Shown here piece after piece: positions 60,391-64,000 of a stretch of DNA of 64,000 bases. Numbering within the stretch: position 1 is the stretch's first letter; each line of letters begins with the position of its first letter. Origin of the DNA: Squalus acanthias (Eukaryota); the NCBI GenBank assembly GCA_030390025.1, contig CM059432.1, forward strand, positions 110,796,001 through 110,860,000. Reading direction: 5' to 3'. The position numbers and the translations under genes are program-made. A model generated the notes under the pieces. It was not told the origin of the DNA. It made no database searches and worked only from the letters and a program-made list of their open reading frames with translations.

Positions 60391-63144
60391 CTTCTATCAG
60401 GTCATCTCTCAGTCCTCTCTTTTCTAGAGAAAACAGACCAAGTCTGTTCAATCTTTCCTTATAGGTGTAACTTATCAGTTCTGGTCTCATTCTACAAAAT
60501 CATTTTTGCACTTTCGCCAGTGCCTCTGTGTCCTTTTTATAATATGGAGACCAGAACTGTTCACAGTACTCCAAGTGTGGTCTAACCAAGGTTCGATACA
60601 AGTTTAGCATAACTTCTCTACTTTTCAATTCTATCCCTCTAGAAATAAACGGTAGTGCTTGGTTTGCTTTTATATGGCCTTATTAACACAACTTTTAGTT
60701 ATTTTGTGTATCTATACCACCAGATCCTCAACCCCATTTAGACACTTATTTTCCAAGGAGTATGTGACATCCTTATTCTTCCTACCAAAATGTACTACCT
60801 CACACTTATCTATATTGAAGTTCATTTGCCAATTACACACACATTCTGCAAGTTTATTAATGTCTTCCTGTATTTTATCACAACCTTTCATAATCAACTA
60901 CCCCCCCAATTTGGTGTCATCCACAAATTTTGAAATTGTACTTCCAATTCCCGAGTCCACATCATTTATGTAAATGGTGAACAACAGTGGCACCTGGACT
61001 GGTCCTTGTGGAACACCACTTCCCACCATTTGCCAGTGAGAGTTTTCACCTTTAACCCCTACTCACTGTTTTTTGTTTTGGAGCCAGCTTGCTATCCATT
61101 CTGATACTTGTCCTCTGACTCCACCTTATTCATGAGTCCACCATGCAGTACCTTATCAAAGGGTTTTTGGAAATCCAAATATATTGCATCTACTGTATCA
61201 CCCTATCTAGCCTTTCTGTTACTCCAAAGAATTCAATAAGGTTGGCCAAGCATGACCTTCCTTTTGGAATCTGTGCTGACTGCTCCTTATTATATTCTCA
61301 GTTTCTAGATGTTTTTCTAATACATCTTTGAGTATGGATTCCATTATCTTTCCTCCCACCGACGTTAAGCTAATTGGTCTATAGTTCCCTGGGCTTGTTC
61401 TGTCTCCCTTTTGACATTAGCTGTCCGGCAGTCCTCTGGCACTATTCCCTTTTCTAATGAATTTATATATATATGTAATCATACCTCTGCTACCTCTTCT
61501 CTAACTTCTTTTAACTTGTGCAAATGCAATCCAGGGGTTTTATCCTCTCCAAGATTGATTAATTTATCAATTATCTCCCCCCTTTCTATCTTAAATGTCT
61601 TTATATCATTTTTGTTATCTTCTTCTAATATCATGTCAGCCATGTTAGTTTCCCTGGTAAATACTGAGGCAAAGTAATTATTCAGTATTTCTGCCATTTT
61701 GCCGTCCGTACCTGTGAGTTTATCGTGTGTATCTTAGTGGCCCGATCCCTATTCTGATTTTTCTTTTGTTATTCATGTGTCTGTACTAGTCTGTACCTTG
61801 CTTTTTTTTTATATATTCCTTGATAATTTAATTGTGTAGTTTCTCTTAGCCTTCCTAATTGTTTTATTTTCCACTTCTTTCCGAATCTTTTCGTACCTTT
61901 GTCATCCTCTCCTGTGTTGTCTATGGACTTTTTCTTTAGTTTCCATGTTTCCCTTATTTCTTTATTCATCCATGGTGTGTCATTACTGGCTAATGTGTTC
62001 TTGCTTTGTAGTGGGATATATTTCTCCTGGACTCTATTGATCACCGTTTTAAATGTTTCCCACTGCTGTTCTATTTCTATATTTGTCAGTAAATGCTTCC
62101 TGTTTACTTTCATTTACTTTTCCTAGTTCCATTCTCATCCCTTTAAAATCAGCTTTTATCCAATGTATTACTTTGGTCTTTATCTTACTTATGTCCTGTC
62201 AATCTTTATCTTAAACCTTATTATGTTGTGGTTAACGTTGGTATCTGAATGTACAGAGGGTTCCCTTCTGTTCTTTTTGCAATATAATCTTCATGATCTC
62301 ATATCTTCAACCAATAATTCAGGAAGCTTCAAAGTCACCAAATGTTACAACATCCTCAGTATCAAATCATTTATCCGAATGTCCTTGCAAGTTAGATCAC
62401 TGCATTTTCTGTTGGATAGAAGGTAATTTTAACCCATCTTTCGTCTTAAATGCTCTTGGAGTTCCTGTGGTTCTTTGCTAACTTACAATCAAATATAGTT
62501 TTCACAGCTGGAAGCACACAGGACAAAATTCTGCACTTTTGAAGTACAGTCTGGAATCAAATCACTGACAGGAAGGGGCTGAGAGATGGCTGGGTGCCTT
62601 TTGTATGTGGTAGGACAAGCACAGGCAGTGTAAATGATGTAAATAGCTGTAACTACTATCTATACTAGAAAGTTTTCAGCTCATGGTAATACGGCGGTGT
62701 TCGAGTCCTGACCCCTGGAGTGTGAAGAGAAAAAACAATGGAATCACATATATTTCACTGCTGCAGAGCTTGGAAATGGCAATTACTCAAACATATATTA
62801 CCAGACTATTCCTGATTAGAAACCTACATTCCACAAATCTTCTATCATGGAGACCTGCTCCACGAGCTAACATCTTATCTATTTTCTGCTGATTTGTCTA
62901 TTTGTGTCTCATAAGCACTTAACAATCTAGAGCATCTGCTGAGAATGATTAAGTATCACGTTATAATGCATCCATGGGACAGAACAGGCAATATGCAAGA
63001 GAAGTCATATCTTCTCTCCAGAAGGAAGCCAGGAATAAGCATTAATATTTATTTAGCAATAAAGCCTTGCAACAATCAGTAGCAGGTAAAGAAGTCTATT
63101 GCACAGAAGAGGAGCTATTACACTGTTGGATGTATACAATAGGC

Positions 63145-64000
63145 CACCAAATAGTGGGAAGAAGGCAAAGGAGCAAATTTTCAGAAAGATGCAAGAACAA
63201 TAGAGTAGTGGACTTCAATTATCCTAATATTGACTGGGATAGTAACAGTGTAAAGGGCAAAGAGGGGTGGAATTCCTGAAATGTATACAGGAGAACTTTC
63301 TTGATCAGTGTGTTTCCAGCCCAATGAGGAAGGAAACTGTATCTAGTTCTGGGAATGAATTGGGGCAAGTGGAGCATGTTTCAGTGAGAGAGTATTTGGG
63401 AAACAGTGATCACATTATCATTAGGTTTAGAGTAGTTATGGAACAGGACAAGGAACAAGGGCTAATTTCAGGGCTCAGGTGGATTAAAATCAAAGATCGG
63501 CAGATAAAAAAGTAAATGAGAAATGGGAGGCCTTCAAAAAGGAGCTAGTTCAGGTACAGACTAGACACATTCCCACCAAGGGCATCCAAAGCTATAGCTC
63601 CCTGGGTGACTAAAGGTTAAAAGATTAAAATGAAACAGAGAAAGGACGCTTATGATAAATGTCAGACTCATAGTTCAGTAGAGAGCCAAGCTGAATACAG
63701 AAAGTACAGAGGAAAACTGTAAAAGGAAAAAAGAGGGACAAAGAGAGCAGATTAACAGGCAACATAAAAGGGAACCCAGAAGTCTTTTATAAACATAACT
63801 GATTAGGGACCAAAAAAGCAGATCTTCTTGTGGAGGCATTAGGCATGGCTACGGTACAAAATGAGTACTTTGCATCAATCTTCACTGAAGAGGAAGCTGC
63901 CAATGTCACAGTAAAGGAGCAGTTTGTAGAGAAATTGGATAGAATAAAAATAGATAAAGAGGAGGTACTTAAAAGGTTGGCAACGCTAAAAGTAGAAAAG
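63145..64000 (+). mobile_element. Degenerate CR1 ORF2 (end of APE to pre-RT), runs off the window
   Basis: DFNYPNIDW, EFLKCIQENFLDQ, LGNSDH, PWVT, YFASIFT. Confidence 0.88.

Larger units (their letters stand above)
56800..62225 (-). mobile_element. Old CR1 fragmented by three nested insertions
   Basis: Pieces 56800-56920, 57975-58107, 60154-60229 and 60391-62225 join into a colinear CR1 (ORFs 60712-60897, 61479-61697, 61769-62113). Confidence 0.8.

Overview
Eukaryotic DNA made almost entirely of repeats. The repeat families (CR1 LINEs with shark-type tails, an HE1/V-SINE, DeuSINEs, Neptune-type Penelope-like elements) point to a cartilaginous fish; this is an inference. I found no host protein-coding exon, rRNA, tRNA gene or CRISPR array. 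The window is a deeply nested pile of elements: about 20 CR1 copies, one of them apparently full-length with an open zinc-finger/esterase ORF1 and a 76-bp monomer array at its 5' end; two copies of a second APE-RT LINE family; Penelope-like elements whose tails carry minimal hammerhead-ribozyme motifs; two solo LTRs with 4-bp TSDs; several PIF/Harbinger-type non-autonomous elements with 3-bp TSDs; decayed intron-containing Harbinger Myb/SANT-like genes; and a fragmented hAT transposase fossil. The most notable non-routine signals are a TSD-flanked ribozyme-bearing hairpin element, two locally templated insertions, a 1.67-kb solo LTR with a long structured R-like region, and a cluster of TGACA motifs in unique DNA. 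Coordinates were read by eye, and element ends without TSDs are approximate. I see no convincing wholly new biological system.
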